Part shown: positions 61,746 to 64,000 of the stretch, piece by piece
How the letters are laid out: each line of letters opens with the position of its first letter
Position numbering within the stretch: the first letter of the stretch is position 1
DNA from: Octopus bimaculoides
Lineage: Eukaryota
Assembly (NCBI RefSeq): GCF_001194135.2
Contig: NC_068991.1
Location: 43,359,062-43,423,061 of the forward strand
Direction of reading: 5' to 3'
Length of the DNA: 64,000 bases
The notes under the pieces: model-generated
What the model saw: only the letters and a program-made list of their open reading frames with translations
Database searches by the model: none
What the model was told of the DNA's origin: nothing
Made by a program: the position numbers and the translations under genes

Positions 61746-62809
61746 GTGCACCCAAAGGTGAGAGAGAAATGGTGGGAGAAGCAAAGAGATCAAGGTGATC
61801 ATACTACATCATACACCAAAATTATATTATCATTTTATTGTATTTAAATAATTCTAATGATTCCTGAAACTGGAATTAAGCCATTGGGAATTTCAGTTAC
61901 ATGTCGTACCCAAAGAAAAAGAAAAATACATAAAGTACAGTTTTGTTCACACACACACATAGTTCACTAAATATATTAAAAGAGAATCTATTTAATGTTG
62001 TGCTACCTTTCAAGTACTTATACACAACTTTTATGATATAACTATCACTTCGAGAATACTACAATTAGGCACTTAAAAACAGTGATATGTGTACAGCAAG
62101 AAAGCCTATAAAGTTACTACTTAAGTAAAAAAGCAACAACTTTCTAGAGTCACCATATAAGGTAGATTTAACAAAGATGGTTTCAACAGAATAGCAGATT
62201 GTTCAGCATTCCACATTTGTATGTTGTCAAGAGGGGCAACTGTGTAACCTAAGAACTCGAGGGTGGAGGGAGTCAGTCTATAAGCAGCAACAAGAAAAGA
62301 AAATAGAAGAAAAAATAAAAAGAATCCATGAAAACACTCACAAAAACAAACAAAAAAAGCACCGTTTTCCTGTTGAGGTACTCATCACCCTACACCCAAT
62401 GATTGAAATCACCCAATCAGTGAAAGAAAGGAAATAGTAACACAAGAGAATTACAGTTAAATAAACATGTTTTTTAGGTTCTTTTTTCTAAAAAAAAGGC
62501 AGTGATTATAATGAACTTCAGAAAGAATTTCTTCAAATACAAACAGAAATAAATACATAAACAGATAGCTGTCAATATTTGATAGCTCGCATAGCAAATA
62601 TTTTATTGAAGGTAAAGCAAGCATCAGGTACGCTCACATCTTGGTAATTATGGCAATTATGTTGCATTAATTTGTCTTTTGCTATTGTCATTGCCTTTTT
62701 TTTTAAATCATTTTATTTCTTTTTGATAATGTTTCTCCCTTCAGACACAATATTAATGGAGCTTCTTTATTAATGGAGCTTCTTTATAGGTCCCTACCAT
62801 GAAAGGCAA

Positions 62810-63345
62810 TATTGGTCTAGTTCCCATTTGAACTCACCATGCTGGGTACTTACATATTCTTTTATTTGTTTCAACCATTTGATTGACTTCAACCATGCTG
62901 GNNNNNNNNNNNNNNNNNNNNNNNNNNNNNNNNNNNNNNNNNNNNNNNNNNNNNNNNNNNNNNNNNNNNNNNNNNNNNNNNNNNNNNNNNNNNNNNNNNN
63001 NNNNNNNNNNNNNNNNNNNNNNNNNNNNNNNNNNNNNNNNNNNNNNNNNNNNNNNNNNNNNNNNNNNNNNNNNNNNNNNNNNNNNNNNNNNNNNNNNNNN
63101 NNNNNNNNNNNNNNNNNNNNNNNNNNNNNNNNNNNNNNNNNNNNNNNNNNNNNNNNNNNNNNNNNNNNNNNNNNNNNNNNNNNNNNNNNATATACACACA
63201 ACAGGTTTCTTTCAGTTTCCATCTACCAAATCCACTCACAAGGCTTTGGTCGGTCCAAGGCTATAGTAGAAGACATTTGCTCAAGATGCCATGCAGTGGG
63301 ACTGAACCAGGAACCATGTGGTTGAGAAGCAAGCTTCTTACCACT
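62810..63345 (-). mobile_element. Family A SINE spanning an N-gap
   Basis: Head at 63200-63345 and tail-like ttgtttcaaccatttga...ccatgctgg at 62860-62901. Confidence 0.75.
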
Positions 63346-64000
63346 TTTTACTTCTCTTCCCATTACTCTTACTTGTCACCTCCTAGACTCCATACTAAAT
63401 AGTTTTTCATTCAAGTTGTTTAGAAACTGCAATTCACTGAAATTCTTTTTCTCCTCCCTACCAATTTTTTTCGTTCATTAAACTATAAAATGTTCCAAGT
63501 GAACTTCAACTGCATCAATCTGTCCCATCTCAGGAACCCTGCAAAGGTCACTGGCACTGCCCCTCTTCATTTGACTAACTTAAAAGAACACTGTACCCTA
63601 CAGATTGTTTTTTTTTTTAAATTTGCATGAAATCATCACTACTTACATAGTAATAATAAATAACTTCATTAATTAACTGTGGAATACTACAGGGCTAAAT
63701 GAAATGCGAGGCAACGAGCATCAAGGTCATTAATATGATAATGCAGATTTCTTACACTGGAAAACATTTGTAAGATAGAAAAACAGGAAACTGAATCAAC
63801 CCCAGCACTTATGTTACTGACCCGAAGATGTAGAGGGAGGAGAATAAATAATGCAAGGCATTTAATGTATTGCTTCTCCATGTTTTATGTAATAACACAA
63901 ACAATAATAATCCTAACCAAGTTTGAAATTAAAAGCCTTACTCAAAGTGTTGCTTATTTATTTTGATGATTCTGGAAGCTAAAAAGCAAATCTGACCCTG

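Noticed and set aside
63687-63881. Minus-strand ORF as an upstream Girdin exon (VRNLHYHINDLDAR after ttttccag)
   Set aside because: Similarity to the expected VNNDxxLRxxNL...YYQ exon is unconvincing and the frame ends in a stop without a donor.

Overview
AT-rich eukaryotic genomic DNA with five N-gaps, almost certainly a coleoid cephalopod and probably Octopus (inferred from the recalled tRNA-derived SINE families and microsatellite load). The window is the interior of one minus-strand gene, the Girdin/Daple (CCDC88, Hook-related) orthologue. I reconstructed 12 consecutive GT-AG exons (55903 down to 1671, 2603 nt, about 867 aa). They splice in frame without stops and run from the second half of the HOOK domain through most of the coiled coil; both ends of the gene lie outside the window or were not found. 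The introns hold several SINE families, RTE-clade LINE remnants, a decayed irritans-like mariner truncated by an RTE LINE, four TTAA-flanked piggyBac-type MITEs, a Helitron-like terminus and microsatellites. I found no prokaryotic-type system, CRISPR array or convincing novel protein. The best leads are RNA-structural: a ~520-nt foldback and three 32-41 bp near-perfect hairpins, each 260-610 nt upstream of a Girdin splice acceptor; an array of about 9 SINE copies with an internal inverted pair; and inverted SINE tails flanking a symmetric exon. These are plausible dsRNA/ADAR or splicing substrates, but their function is inference only.
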